Assembly: GCF_006345805.1 (NCBI RefSeq)
Contig: NC_043003.1
Span: 12,276,001-12,340,000 of the forward strand
From: Octopus sinensis
Taxonomy: Eukaryota
Direction of reading: 5' to 3'
DNA: 64,000 bases
In this document: piece by piece, positions 37,663-51,179 of the stretch
Numbering within the stretch: the first letter of the stretch is position 1
Layout: every line of letters starts with the position of its first letter
The notes under the pieces: model-generated
Told to the model about the DNA's origin: nothing
Database searches by the model: none
What the model saw: only the letters and a program-made list of their open reading frames with translations
Program-made: the position numbers and the translations under genes

Positions 37663-37806
37663 TCATCATCTTCATCATCATCATCATCACCATCATCACC
37701 ACCACCGCCACCACCGCCACCACCACTATCATCATCATCATCACTATCACCACCATCATCATCATCTTAAAGATTTAATCATCATCATCATCATCACCAT
37801 CATCTT
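37663..37806. repeat. compound (CAT/CAC)n microsatellite
   Basis: Direct reading. Confidence 0.9.
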
Positions 37807-38924
37807 TGATGGCATAAAAGATTTATGGGTATTTTAGATGCATCCCAATTTCAACAGTTCATATTTAGGGGAAAAGAAGCTTTAGAGCATTAAAGCTTAG
37901 GTGAAACCCAGCTTTGCATATAGGATACAGAGTGATTTTATTTGAGACATTATGGGGAGGTAAAAATGCATTTTATTTCCCATCAAATATGATAATGTCA
38001 ATTTTAAGACTGTTGGTGATGTGTTTCAACTATGTCAGTAGAATGACAAATTAATCTTGCAGTTTCTTTGTATTTTTACTGAGCATTCTATATTGTTCAC
38101 TTCAGTATCAAACACTGGCATCTTTTGCCTGTAATACCATGTCACAGATCAAGAAAACTGAACCAAATAGATGATATGAGTGTGCATCTCAAAGAAGATG
38201 TCTATTTAATTATTCCCGTTACTTCACTTTTGGTCTTTTGCATCAGATTAAGATTCTGAACATCTTAAAGATCTAATATGATTCCATTGAAATTTGATGC
38301 AAATAATTTCACACAGTTGATTCTGAATGACCTCTGGACAGTTAGCATATAATGCATGCATCTGGTTGAATCAATTTTTGTTCAAGCTTTCTGCACATTA
38401 CAGTTGAATTATGTACTGTGCAGTTCCTACATTCATACTCAGGAATTCTCTTCCATAATTTCCACCATTTTTCACTGGTAGATCATCCACTTTCTATTGT
38501 CAAAAATGACGCATTAGTTTCATCTTTTCCAATCTCTCTTGGGTAGGACCTAGGGTGTCACCCTATCTGCTTCACTCTCTAAATGATCCTAAAAGTTGGT
38601 TACACCATGTCCCTGTATTTTTAAGAGGTGACTAAGTATTGTGACAAATATGGCACCCAACCATAACCCCATTCAACCCATGCTACCATGAAGGAGATCT
38701 AAAATGATGATGATGATGATGATGATGAAATGGTGGCAGTGATAGTGTCAGTCATCATCATCATCATCATTATCATTTTACAATTGCTCCTCTATGCTGG
38801 CATTGATTAGATGGCTTTTCTGAGGCAGTACTTTTATCATTGGATGCCACTTCTATCCCTCACCCTTTTGGTCACCCCTTATTATTCATTCATACCCACA
38901 CATATGAATGTATAGCATACTTAT

Positions 38925-39295
38925 AATCATCATCATCATTTAACGTCTGCTTTCCATGCTAGCATGGGTTGGACGATTTGACTGAGGACTGGCGAACCAG
39001 AAGGCTGCATCAGGCTCCAATCTGATCTGGCAGAGTTTCTACAGTTGGATGTCCTTCCTAAGGCCAACCACTCCGAGAGTGTAGTGGGTGCTTTTACGTG
39101 CCACTGGCACGAGGGCCAATCTGGCGGTACTGGCAACGGCCATGCTCAAATGGTGCTTTTTACGTGTCACCTGCACGGGAGTCAGTCCAGCAGCACTGGC
39201 GATGACCTCGCTCGAATGTTTCGTTAATGTGCCACCGGCACAAGTGCCAGTAAGGCAATGTTGGTGACGATCACGCTCAATGAGGTAACGATCAC
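38925..39295 (-). mobile_element. RTE LINE 3' UTR fragment with about 3 diverged minisatellite units
   Basis: Same family as 4022-5008. Confidence 0.8.
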
Positions 39296-42200
39296 ACTCA
39301 ATAAATTATGCTTATAAATTCAAAGTCAATGTATATCGAATCAATTTCTGTTTTGTAAAGATTTGTTTTAATCCATTCTTGACTTTTGATTAGTGTTGTA
39401 ATATCAATTTAAGTAGCTACTTGTGTTTTGTTAGCTCCTGTTATAGAGCTAATTTGTTATTTCATATACACAGTCTCTCTCTGTTTTTCTGTATCTCACA
39501 TATATATGCATCTGCACTGCTTTTCTTAAATTATCACATTTCTATAACATCACCTGAGAAGATAGGAAACATTATTACCAGGTGATGGTTTAGTGCAATA
39601 TAAGGAATTCAATTAATAGAGTAGAGCTCTTGCGATAGTTACTTCTAGTATGAGAGATTTTGTTAATAACGTAACTTAGTCAAGCAAATAAACAATTCTA
39701 TAAACTTATAGATCTGTCCAACCGTAAGCGAGTGAGTAAAAGAAAATATCACCTAAAACACGAAACAATTACAGCATCAGAAATATGTCTGGAGGTAATC
39801 TACAAAATACTAACACAAAATCACTGATCTATAAACATGTATTGGTTTTCTATATTTCCTGAGAAAAATCAATATGGTGATGATAGAGATGTACTAAGGT
39901 GTTTTTTCTTTCATCATGTTATCAAAAGATCATAATATTTACTTTTTATCTTCAAAATTATGGAGTGATTGTAATTAGATTAAAAGCCGGAAGAAAATAA
40001 CACCCTATATTTAGAAATTCATTAGCGTTCAAGTGTGACAGTTTCCGGTAACTTATTATTATAATTTGGCAAGATTTGAAAGGCCAATTACTATTGATGA
40101 ATTATCATATCACTTTGAAAGGCCTATAAATATGATTTACTTGATAATTAAGCAACCTTCCTTTTCAAATAGTATTTTACCTAAAAATAATTCCTCTGAC
40201 TGTAAACTTTCTCATTTGTTTTTAATTGCTATTTATTACTGATAGCTAAAACAATTGCTGTTGGTATTTAGAGGTGTGTTTATTAGGTGTATATTTTCAC
40301 CTGGTTGTTAACCACAGCCTACTATCAATCAGCATGTGCCAAAAGTGGTTAATTGGATCTATTGGCTGACTGTTTAAGTAAAGCATAATTGCCTATTGTT
40401 AGCTGCATTTATTCGCCTATTATTCTACTTCGGTCAAGACTTGCATCGACCTACTCGCAGAAAAAGAGAAATTACTAACAGCAGAGATAATGATTATGGT
40501 AGTATAGTTTTTACTTTTCATTTGAACATTTCCTATCTGTTTCTCGGCTGCCTCCACCTCTCTTCTTCCACCCACCCCCCTCTTATTACCAAAGTAAAGT
40601 TAGCATGTTCTTTGTTAGTGTCTGAACTGACATTCACTCTGCCAGTGGAGATAGATTCCACATTTTTACCATTCAGAGAATTCCTCCCAGTTCTTGGCAC
40701 TCACTTTTCTCACTCTCTTTTCGCTTCTCACTAACTTGCTTTTTAAGTAATCAAAGTTGAAAGTTGATAATCTTCTATTCTCTTTCTATTTTTCGAGTTC
40801 GTGCAACAGTTAGTCTAACAGTATGAAACTAGAATGTTTTCACACTTTACCTTATTCCTCTGCCCTTCCTCTTTTCCTTCACTCTCTCTCTCCCTTCACT
40901 CTCTCTATATTTCTCCCTCTCTCTCTCTCTCCCTCTTTCTCATCTACACATACACTCACACATACACACTTGGTCTCATTTGGTTCTACCACCTACTGTT
41001 CCAAGCAGAATAATTATTTCCTCAAAATGCCAAGCAACCCCTACAGTTGCTTGGCATTGTCTATCAGAACAGTTGTAGATTCTTAAAACTTATGTTATTT
41101 GAGGCTGTCAGTACCAAATTTCTTCAAATAGTATTTAATTTATTACCAATTATATTTGGATTATAGAAGAAACAATGGGGGATGTAAGTTTGATTATTTT
41201 TTTTTTGTGTAATGTTTTGGTTATTTAATTTTGTTTTTATTCATTCTTCAGTTTTCTCCCATTTTTTAAAATTAATTTCACTTCTATTCCATATATTTTT
41301 CAAAAGACAGTTATGATTTCTTAGAAAATTGTTTACATATATTTTTCACAAATGCAAATAGACACACATAAATGTAAACATCAAATTAACAGTCAAATGA
41401 AAATATATGCAGTTATACACATGTATAGACAGATAATAATGTAGATGAATTAATCATATGTCAGAAAGTATACTGAATTTAATGAGTGAATAAATTCATA
41501 TGAAAAATTGTAAACTTAGTAATTTTAAAATCTCATCTTTACTTTGGAAATTTTTCCTGTTTCTTTACAAAAATAGTCTTATATTCATTTCAATCATTTC
41601 TTCATACATACCTTCAAAACAGTAACAAAATCGCATTTAATAATACTACTCAATTCAACTTATATATCTAATATTCATTCTATTTAATATAATTTTAAAT
41701 AAAATATTTGTTTTAAAACAAACACAGTGATGTATTTTTTATTGAATATTTTTAAAGATCTACAGAAGTACTGTAAAGTGGAAAAAATAATAAAAACAAA
41801 CTTATTTTAAAATCAATTTATACGATCTATTAGATATCACTTTTGATATCAATTTTCAGCTTGCTATAATTTTTATTCAATATAATTTATAAAAGTAATT
41901 CAGTCGAGTGATAGACAAATCTCAATTACTGAATGTTTTGACATTTTAGTTTAGGACTGACTTTATACCAACTTCATTTGCTGGAATTTTTGGTATTGAG
42001 ATAACATATTTAAAATTTAAATTGGTTATTGGGATCGGCTAGATTTTATTTTGGAAAAGGTTGTCTTGTATAATTTGTGTGTGTGTGTGTGTGTGTGTGT
42101 GCGTGCGTGTGTGCGTGAGATAGAGAGTATGTTTATATATGAGGCTTGAAGTGTCAATGACTCTTCTATTTTATGTTGTTTCTTGTTCCCTCACCTGTCT

Positions 42201-42744
42201 CTGTCTTTTGTTTTTTATATAATAATATATACACTCACACATGCATGCATACATGTGTGTGTGTGTCTATACACACACACACACAGAGTCTCCATTCATA
42301 ACAAATGCAACAAGTTGGTAACATGACTTCGATACGAAAAAAAAAAATTCTTCATGCAGTTCAGATTACACAACTTATTACAAAATTAATGTTGTTTAAA
42401 TTTTGCTTAATTAATTCACATTAGTTCTTATAGTTCAATGAAATGAGTTTGTATGACTAATTAATTTGTTAACGATATGATACTGCAAAAATATCTAATA
42501 TACTTCATTATTGTATTACTCTACTTTGGGCTTTAGGCTGCAACTTATAATGATTATTGCTAATATTATTGAAGAGAAGCAAGTAGTAGAATTTATAGAA
42601 TAGCTGAGAAAATATCTCTACAGTATTTAGGGATATACCTTTGTTCTAAGTTCAAATCTTGCCAAAGTAAAATTTGCCTTTCAACTTTCCAGGGTTACTA
42701 AAGTATGTAACAGTCAAAAATGACAGTCTCATTCTACAAAATAT

Positions 42745-42915
42745 AGCTCGTGATTAGCGTAGCTAGAGTGTGTGCCACCCGGGGTGGCCCTTCCATTTAA
42801 CACCCCCAGACCCCATGAAAAACACATATTGCCCAGAGCAGACCCAAAAGCGTCGCCCCTTTAAAAGTGCCACCCGGGGCAGACCACCCCTACTGTCCCC
42901 TGCTAGCTACACGAG
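42745..42915. mobile_element. putative GC-rich MITE
   Basis: Inverted ends GTAGCTAG (42759-42766)/CTAGCTAC (42903-42910); internal direct repeat GTGCCACCCGGGG at 42772 and 42867. Confidence 0.45.
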
Positions 42916-43015
42916 TAGCTCTTGTGCTTATGAAAGTAATCATCCTCACAAGTTGACTATAGTTCTGATTACAAGAAAATTTTTCATGTCTTTATGGAAA
43001 TTATTGCAATCTTAA

Positions 43016-43225
43016 CCCTTTAGCATTCAGATTATTCCATCAGTATAATGCTTATTTATTTACATTATTTTGAATTAAACATGTATTATCTTGTAGCTTC
43101 AAGTTTTCAATATTGTGATTGTATATCTTTGACATTGTTGGGTAGGTGTGAGGAGCTGGATCTGGTTGATTTCAACATAAACCAGAATATTTGGGCCAGA
43201 TATGGTTGGTTTAAATGCCAAATGG
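43016..43225. mobile_element. piggyBac-like MITE (type 2)
   Basis: TTAA at 43012-43015 and 43226-43229; CCCTTTAGCATT..AATGCCAAATGG. Confidence 0.75.
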
Positions 43226-43244
43226 TTAAATTTACATTATTCTT

Positions 43245-43633
43245 TTATTTGTTTTAGTCATTTGACTATGGCCATGCTTGAGCACTGCCTTTAGTCGAAC
43301 AAATCGACCCCAGGATTTATTCTTTGTAAACCTAGTACTTATTCTATCCATTTCTTTTACTGAACTGCTAAGTTACAGGAACATAAATAATACACCAACA
43401 TCGGTTGTCAAGCGATAGTGGGGAGACAAATACAGACGCACAACCATATACTTATATATTTATATATATAGTTATCGCCATACTAATATGGCATTCTTAT
43501 AAAAATAAGAAAAAAGCTGTTCGCTTATTAGCTCCATTTTTATAAGAATGCCATATTAGTATGGCGATAACTATTAATTTCCAGGAACGCTGCCATAATC
43601 TCTTTTAGAGAGACTTAGTAATTTTAATATTTC

Positions 43634-43693
<60 letters not shown>

Positions 43694-43852
43694 ATGGGCT
43701 TCTTTCAGTTTCCATCTACCAAATCCATTCACAAGGCTTTGGTTGGCCCGCGACTACAGTAGAAGACACTTGCCCAAGTTACCATACAGTGGGACTGAAC
43801 CCAGAACCATGTGGTTTGTAAGCAAGCTACTTACCACACAACTACTCCTTCA
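43245..43852 (-). mobile_element. family A SINE with a nested palindromic insert in its TA tract
   Basis: Family homology on both sides of about 43471-43640. Confidence 0.8.
43471..43571. repeat. perfect 36-bp inverted repeat (MITE-like), TA flanked
   Basis: GTTATCGCCATACTAATATGGCATTCTTATAAAAAT at 43471-43506; exact reverse complement at 43536-43571. Confidence 0.9.
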
Positions 43853-44439
43853 CCTTTATTTTATAACTCAATTTTCTATACGCTGAAAAGAATGTATTTA
43901 TTTAATGCTATAACAAAGGCTAAATGTAATATTGTAAACAATAATGAAATAAACTCTATATTGTCTAGAGTACATTGAACCCATCTTATTAACAGCAAAC
44001 AATTCTCAACCAGAAACTGACTACTTTCTGTTTCAGTTTCCTTTGAATCAGACTCCAGATATCTTATTAACAAACTAGGTTGAATTCTCAAAAATGTTGC
44101 ATCATTGTCTTGGCTTCTTCATGGTATTGTTGTGGGTTACCTACTTGTTATTGTTGTTTCTGCTCTTCTCATTTGTTGTTACTCTTGTTGTTGTTGTTGC
44201 TGTTTTCTACTATCCTGCTTGTTGTTGATGTTTTGTAACTAGCATGTGTGTTACCTGGTAATTCTCAGAAAATTAAGCATATTTGTAACCTTATTTGAAT
44301 CTTATATCTCTAAAATGTACAGGAAATTCCTGAGTTGGAACAATAGTTTACCTTTCTATGAGGCCACTAAATAAATTAAAAAACTTCAAATAAGTATAGA
44401 TTTGCAGGTCCTTATAAAATATTAACATGAAATATATAA

Positions 44440-44780
44440 AATGGTAAAGACCCCTTCAGTCATGAATGACCATGGGATTGCACTTAGAAAGTTATCCTCC
44501 GAGTCACAAATCTGGGCAAGGTTATTCATGAAAGACAAGCAGTCCATGGACTTCAACTTCCCCTTTCCATGCCATTGATGTTATCCAAGGGAAAGGCAAA
44601 GACCGATACATCTTGGCACCAGTGACGTCACTATTCATTTCTACAGCTGAGTGAACTGGAGTAACATGAAATAAAGTGTTTTGCTCAAGAACACAACACA
44701 CAGCTTGATCTAGGTATCGAACTTACTATCTCGTGATTGTGAACCTGATGCTCTAACCACTGAGCCATGCACCTTCACTA
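44440..44780 (-). mobile_element. family D-type SINE with a different 3' tail
   Basis: Head and core as 716-958; tail unlike other D copies. Confidence 0.65.
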
Positions 44781-44814
44781 ACATGAAATATATAATAAAG
44801 AATATTTATATTTA

Positions 44815-45240
44815 TATTCTTTTTGACTGGTTTGTCATTGGATTGCTGTCATGTGAAGTTACCACTTAGAATAGTTTAGTCAAATAGATTGACCCCAGCG
44901 CTTATATTTGAAGGTTGTTATTCATTCTATTGATCTCTTTTGCTGAACAGCTAAGTTATGGGAGATGTAAACAAATCAACACTGGTTGTCAAGTGGAGGC
45001 GGGGCGACAAACACAGCTCGAACACAGAGACACAGACGTATATGCATACACACACATACATACACCACGCAAAAGCACCCACTACACTCTCGGAGTGGTT
45101 GGCGTTAGGAAGGGCATCCAGCTGTAGAAACTCTGCCAGATCTAGACTGAAGCCTGGTGCAGCCCGCTGGTTCGCCAGCCCACAGTCAAACTGTCCAAAC
45201 CATGCTAGCATGGAAAGCAGATGTTAAACGATGATGATGA
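44815..45240. mobile_element. family A 3' half (-) abutting an RTE 3' UTR fragment (+, about 45066-45240)
   Basis: Family homologies. Confidence 0.7.
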
Positions 45241-45699
45241 AATATAATTGGCAGGCATCCTCCCTGGGATGACCAATATCTCATGAGTGAATTTGGTAGG
45301 CAAAAACTGTGGAAGCCCAAAGTATGTCTGTATGTATGTATGTCATTATTCAGTTATGTTTCAAGATTTCTTGCCAATAGAGAATGAGCTGGTTTCTATT
45401 CTAAATCTAAGGCTCCTTCATTGGAATTTCAACATCAACAACAGGGTATTTTTGTTTGTTTGTATGTTTGTATACATGCAGATTCGAATGTTTTTTTTAT
45501 GTGTGCTGTCTCATACTTATACTTGCATATCTAGATGTGCTCATATATACTTAAATGATAAACTTCAGGAAAGTTTTACAGATTTTTACAGTTCCAGTGA
45601 TGGATCGGATCTGTGGTCTTTGAATCAGCTTTTTCCTTTCTGGTTTTGAGAAGCCTAATTTCTCAAGATTGGTATTTAGGCAGCGTGTTACATATCCCA

Positions 45700-45952
45700 G
45701 TGCATGTGTGTGTGTGTGTGTGTGTGCGTGCACGCGTGCATTTTGATGTCTATGTTTGTTCCTCTTACCCAGCTGTTTGATAACCAGTGTTGGTTTGTAT
45801 ACATCCCTGTAACCTGACATTTCAAGAACAGAGACTGATAGAATAAGTATCAGACTTAAAAATAAGAACTGGTATTGATTTGTTCAACTAAAACCTTTCA
45901 AGGTGATGCCAGAGCATTCCTGTACAAAATGACTAAAACAAATAAAAAAAAT
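45700..45952 (+). mobile_element. headless family A 3' half
   Basis: (TG)n followed by tail module. Confidence 0.65.
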
Positions 45953-46127
45953 AGAGAGATTTATCTATTCATTTCTTTTATTTATTTATTTATTTACTTT
46001 TTTTGATTTTTTGATCTCAACATTAGCAGCTGGAAGATGTAACTGATTCTATTATCTATTAGAAATAGAGTTTGGAAATTGTGCATCTTTCTGTTTATTG
46101 GGAAGGAATTTTAATATGTCTGTACAA

Positions 46128-46755
46128 AGGTGCAGGAGTGGCTGTGTGGTAAGAAGCTTGCTTCTTACCTAAGGCGGCGAGCTGGCAGAGACGTTAGCAC
46201 ACCGGGCGAAATGCTTATCGGTATTTCATCTGCCGTTCTGAGTTCAAATTCCGCCAAGGTCGACATTGCTTTTCATCCTTTTGGGGTCGATAAATTAAGT
46301 ACCAGTTACATATTGGAGTCAATGTAAATGACTTAATCCCTTTGTCTGTCCTTTTTTGTCCCCTCTATGTTTAGCCTCTTGTGGGCAATAAAGAAATAAG
46401 AAGCTTGCTTCCCAACCACATGGTAATGGGTTCAGTGCTATTGTGTGGCACCTTGGGCAAGTGCCTTCTACTTAAGCCTCAGACCAACCAAAGCTTTGTG
46501 AGTGGATTTGGTAGATGGAAACTGAAAGAAGCCTGTCATATATATACATGTGTGTGTGTGTTTGTCCCCTCACCATCGCTTGATGACCAATGTTGGTGTG
46601 TTTACATCCCTGTAACATAGCAGTTTGGCAAAAGAGGCTGATAGAATAAATTCTAGGCTTACAAAGAATAAGTCCTGGGGTTGATTTGTTTGACTAAAGG
46701 CTGTGCTCCAGCATGGCTGCAGTCAAATGACTGAAACAAATAAAGAATAAAAGAA
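46128..46755 (+). mobile_element. family A SINE interrupted by a family B SINE (46171-46396)
   Basis: 15-bp TSD TAAGAAGCTTGCTTC at 46150-46164 and 46397-46411. Confidence 0.9.
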
Positions 46756-46764
46756 TAAAGAATA

Positions 46765-46975
46765 AGGTGGCAAGCTGGTAGAATTGTTAGCAAGCTGGGG
46801 AAAATGGTTAGCAGCATTTCATCTGTTCTAAGTTCAAATTCCACCAAGGTGGACCTTGCCTTTCATCTTTTCAAGGTTGATAAAATAAGTACCAGTTGAG
46901 TACTGGGCTTGATATAATCAACTTACTCCCCCTCCCCCAGAATTGCTAGTCTTGTGCAAAAAAAAAAAAAACTAG
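46765..46975 (+). mobile_element. family B SINE variant
   Basis: GGTGGCAAGCTGGTAG head, Nin/Deu-like block, CCCCC..TTGTGC tail. Confidence 0.75.
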
Positions 46976-47197
46976 AAAGAATTAATGGAAATATTGTCTT
47001 GTAATTAACTGTTTAACTGAAGAGGGAAATATAGTTAAGATAATCTCCAGATGGTGATAGAAGCTACATTTGTATTTCATTTACTGTTAACATTTTGGTG
47101 TAGATCTTTAATTCTACGATACCCTCCACTCTCTCTCTCTCTCTCTCCCTCCCTCTTAGAATAAAAAAGATGGTGTTTTTAACTAAGATATTTGCAT

Positions 47198-47342
47198 AGG
47201 TGCAGGCATGGCTGTGTAGTTAAGAAGCTTGAGTTCAGTCTCATTGTGCAGCACCTTGAGCAAGTATCTTCTGTTGCCTTGGGCCAACCGGTACTTGGTG
47301 AGTGAATTTGGTAGATGGAAACTAAGTGAAAGCCTGTCACAT

Positions 47343-47385
<43 letters not shown>

Positions 47386-47762
47386 TCTCCCACTACCATT
47401 TGACAACCAATGTTGATTTATTTACATTCTTGCAACTTCACAGTTTGGCAAAAGAGATTGATGGATTAAGTACCTATTTTTTTACTACCCACAAGGGGCT
47501 AAACAGAGAAGACAAACAAGGACAGACAAACGGATTAAGTCGATTATATTGACCCCGGTGTGTAACTGGTACTTATTTCATCGACCCCGAAAGGATGAAA
47601 GGCGAAGTCGACCTCGACGGAATTTGAACTCAGAACGTAACGGCAGACGAAATACTGATAGGCATTATGACTGGCGTGCTAACTTTTAAAAAGTGAGCAC
47701 TGAGTCAATTTCTTCAGCTAAAACCTTCAAGGCTGTAACCCCAGCATGGCCACAGTCTAACG
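47198..47762 (+). mobile_element. family A SINE with a nested inverted family B SINE (about 47476-47685)
   Basis: A tail is split at AAGTACC and resumes at TTTTAAAAAG. Confidence 0.8.
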
Positions 47763-48547
47763 GATCACACAAATATTCTTTCTAGTTTCTAGTTCTTCCC
47801 ACCATAATCCACTCCACAATGAAATGCAAGTGTTTTTTATGTCTTTATCACCTCAGCAGCTTTAGGTTCACAGTGTTAAGTATCTTGCTTGGGTGGCATG
47901 AGGTAAGAAATGCAGCTAGTTTTGAACGTTTAACCATGTGAACAGCAATTCATCACCTTAGTTTTCACAACTGTCATATTACTGTTTCTTTTTTCAGAAT
48001 ATTCTCGATAATGAAAGACTCTTTAATCTGTCTACAGCCTGCCTATTAGAAACATGTTTTGAATATAAATAGCTACATATTGTGTAATGAATTAGTAATA
48101 CTATTAACATATTGGCTCCTTCACAACCCACTGGAGGGTTGGGTTGGTATATTAGCAAGAGCCACACAGCCCTTCAGTGGGTCACCTCATTATTTCTTTT
48201 CTATGAGCCTTTTGGGACCTGGCATGCTACGATTGCTTAAATATGGGATTAAGGTACACTAGAACAACATCTTTATTTTATCCGTATTCTATAAATTTCT
48301 TCTGTTTCTTCTTTTAGTCATTGACTTTCACGTTTATATCATACAGAGTTTCGTTATGTAATGAGGTAAAATAAAAGACAAAATAAACAGAAAATATAAT
48401 TAGCCAGACAGAAGGTACCAAATGATCCCCCAATGGGTCATGGCTAAAAACCACCATCAATGTAATCCTTGTCTGATATATGATATAGTGAAAAAATATT
48501 ATGGCATTCGTATCAAAATTAATTAAGATATCTCGTTGGGACTCTTT

Positions 48548-48790
48548 GTGGAGGTATGTGGTTTAGTGGTTAGGATGTTGGATTCATGATTGTAAGGTTG
48601 TGGTTTCGATTCCTAGACTGGGCAATGTATTGTATTCTTGAGGAAATCACTTCATTCTACATTGCTCCCGTCCACTCAGCCGGCAAAAATGAGTGTTCCT
48701 GCAATGGACTGGTGACTTGTACAGGGAGAGGTATTTACACCAGAGAATCTGGGAAACCATCCCTATAAGTCTCTATGACTTAGGAAGGAA
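48548..48790 (+). mobile_element. family D SINE, diverged
   Basis: Homologous to 716-958. Confidence 0.65.
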
Positions 48791-49059
48791 CATTGAGACT
48801 CTGGAGTAAAACAATGAAATGGGGCTCAGGAGCTAATATGTTAGTTGAGTCCATAACTACACAATTCACCAGAGTGTCACTGAAACTGCCTGGGGTTATT
48901 GCTTGTACCCTTGAACTTAACGATAGTATCAGAGCTTTAACTGTTGTTGACTCAGTGAATAAGACATTTTATTCATATCAACTGTAAATGTGCATCATGC
49001 AGTTTTGATGGTGCACTTTACAAAACACAGGTTTTATTAACTTAAATGCTGAGTTCAAA

Positions 49060-50060
49060 CCTTACAATGAACATTGAGGGGCTGAAGGGGGGGCTTTACC
49101 AGAAGTATAAGGTGAGTGATGTCATGTGAGTGGCTAAAAGGACCTGTCAGAAGTATTGGGGGTCTGACATTATGTAAGCAGAAGGACTACCAGCTTGGGC
49201 CTCTTTTCCCTTCAACTGTTGTTTTGGAACAGACTTAGTTGCTGTGTGAGGTCAGTGTATTTGCCATTAGGTTCTAGCCAGAAGTTTGGCAGGTAGGGCT
49301 CTCATGAATATATCCCATCTGGACAAGATCGATAATAGAAGAGGACCTGCAAAGTAGGTGTTGTATGCTTTTTCCCTTGCAACAAATATATAACTTAGAG
49401 GGAGCTGGGTTCCAGTAGGTTGACTTGCTTATGTTACACCTCATAAGATGAAATATTCATTGGTGCCATAATGTCCCAGAATACAGAAAACATTAGGTAA
49501 GGGTAAAGAATATTTTGGAATTTTATTTTATTCTCAATTCATTGATGGCAATCTTAATTCTCATCTTTATATTTTGTTATTATCTTCTATTATCTCCTTC
49601 TTTTCCTTAACATCATTAAGGCTAGAGAGGGTACTGATCTCAGAAGGATCAAGATAGGTGGTTTTCTATGAACTTTCCATTCTTCAAGAGAATCACATCA
49701 AAGAGGTGAATGAGAGTTTGAAAAGGAAATATGCTGGGGATAGCAGAGTTATGCTAAATCAGTGGATGGTAAGCAAAGGGCAATCCTATTGAGGTGGTTG
49801 GCAGAGTACTTGCAGCCAGTCCCTCTGTAGAGCTTACATCATTCTTAGTATCATTGGGGCCAGTGGGCAGAAGGCCATCAGGTTGGTTGTGGAGGCAGCA
49901 GAAATTGCCTGAAGGTGGCTGTGGATGACAAGTTGTGAGCCATGGGATGGTAGTGCTAACTGGATACAAGCCTTTGCTTGTATCCAGTTAGCACTATTGA
50001 GTTGCGTCAGTGAGGGTGTCTGATATTGAAAGGCCCAAAACACCTAATAATCCCAGGAAA
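49060..50060 (-). pseudogene. decayed CR1/L2-like LINE remnant
   Basis: GC-richer than flanks; weak RT-like peptide traces on -; many stops. Confidence 0.35.
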
Positions 50061-50179
50061 CATAATCGATGATGTGTCCATGGGCACTACAAGATGAAAT
50101 ACGGATAAACTATAAGTTTCTGAATTTGTTTTATATATAAAATATTAATTTTGTTACTTTGCGAAAAAAACAATCACAA

Positions 50180-50533
50180 TCTCTATATATATAAACGGCA
50201 AAATGTCTGTGTGTGTGTGTGTGTGTCCTTTATACAAATCCACAATTTTTCAATTAGAGGGCTCGCACTTTCTATGGTCATTCAAAACTGTCCAAGGGTG
50301 GTTGTGCACATCTTTACATTTCCCCAGTCACCCCACAAAGCCATTAAAAAATCAATAGAAGTGAACTTTTTTGTGAATTTTCTATCCAAAACCCAATCAA
50401 AATGCCCAAAACTTGATACGCCAATTGAATGCCAGCTAGCTGTATGTGATAGGTCGGAGATTTGGACAGTTCTCGCATGTATGTGTGCACGCACGCACGC
50501 AGCTGTATATGCGTTGCCGGGTCATAGTGCTAG
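50180..50533 (+). mobile_element. non-autonomous Helitron
   Basis: A|TC 5' end and CTAG|T 3' end, no TSD; homologous to 15418-15781. Confidence 0.8.
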
Positions 50534-50864
50534 TTTCTAATATGTTGTGTACATTAAAACAATCAATGTCATATTACATACAAGAACACATAGTGTTTCC
50601 AATAAGTACTATATTAAATAATAGCTTGGTAGGTTGATATTTAATGACATTTTAAAATCATATTGTAATTTATGCTATAGTAGTTATGAGATAAAGATTT
50701 TATACTGATTACACATTTCTGCACAGCCAACAAAGTTCTAAATGCCATAATCAAGTAAATTAATATTGTACATATTTCCATTTTTATTTCTTATTAACAT
50801 TTTGTATGGATTATCTTTTAATTTTATAATATAATAAATATTACTTTTTATTCTTCATATATTG

Positions 50865-51170
50865 GAGGCCACATGGCCTAGTGGTTAGGGCAGCGGACTC
50901 GTGGTCAAGGGATCGTGGGTTCAAATCTCAGACCGGGCGATGTGTGTGTTTATGAACGAAACACTTAAGCTCCACACAGCTCCAGCAGAAAGCAATGGTG
51001 AACTTCTGCTGACTCTTTCGCCACAACTTTTTCTCACTCTTTCCTCCTGCATCTTGCAGCTCACCTGCGACGGACCAGCGTCCTGTTCAGGTGGGGAACC
51101 TATATGCCAAGGAAACCGGGAAACTGGCCCTTATGAGCCAGGGATGGCCCGAGAAGGAACAAACAAACAT
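50865..51170 (+). mobile_element. family C tRNA-derived SINE, full length
   Basis: TGGCCTAGTGG, GGTTCAAATC, central domain, AACAAACAAAC tail. Confidence 0.85.
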
Positions 51171-51179
51171 TCTTCATAC

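Noticed and set aside
37663-37806. Poly-His/poly-Thr coding tract
   Set aside because: Simple CAT/CAC microsatellite with no supported exon context
40396-40734. ORF with a hydrophobic start and RRKR site (secreted precursor?)
   Set aside because: TTG start, low-complexity C-terminal part, no homology or convincing splice support
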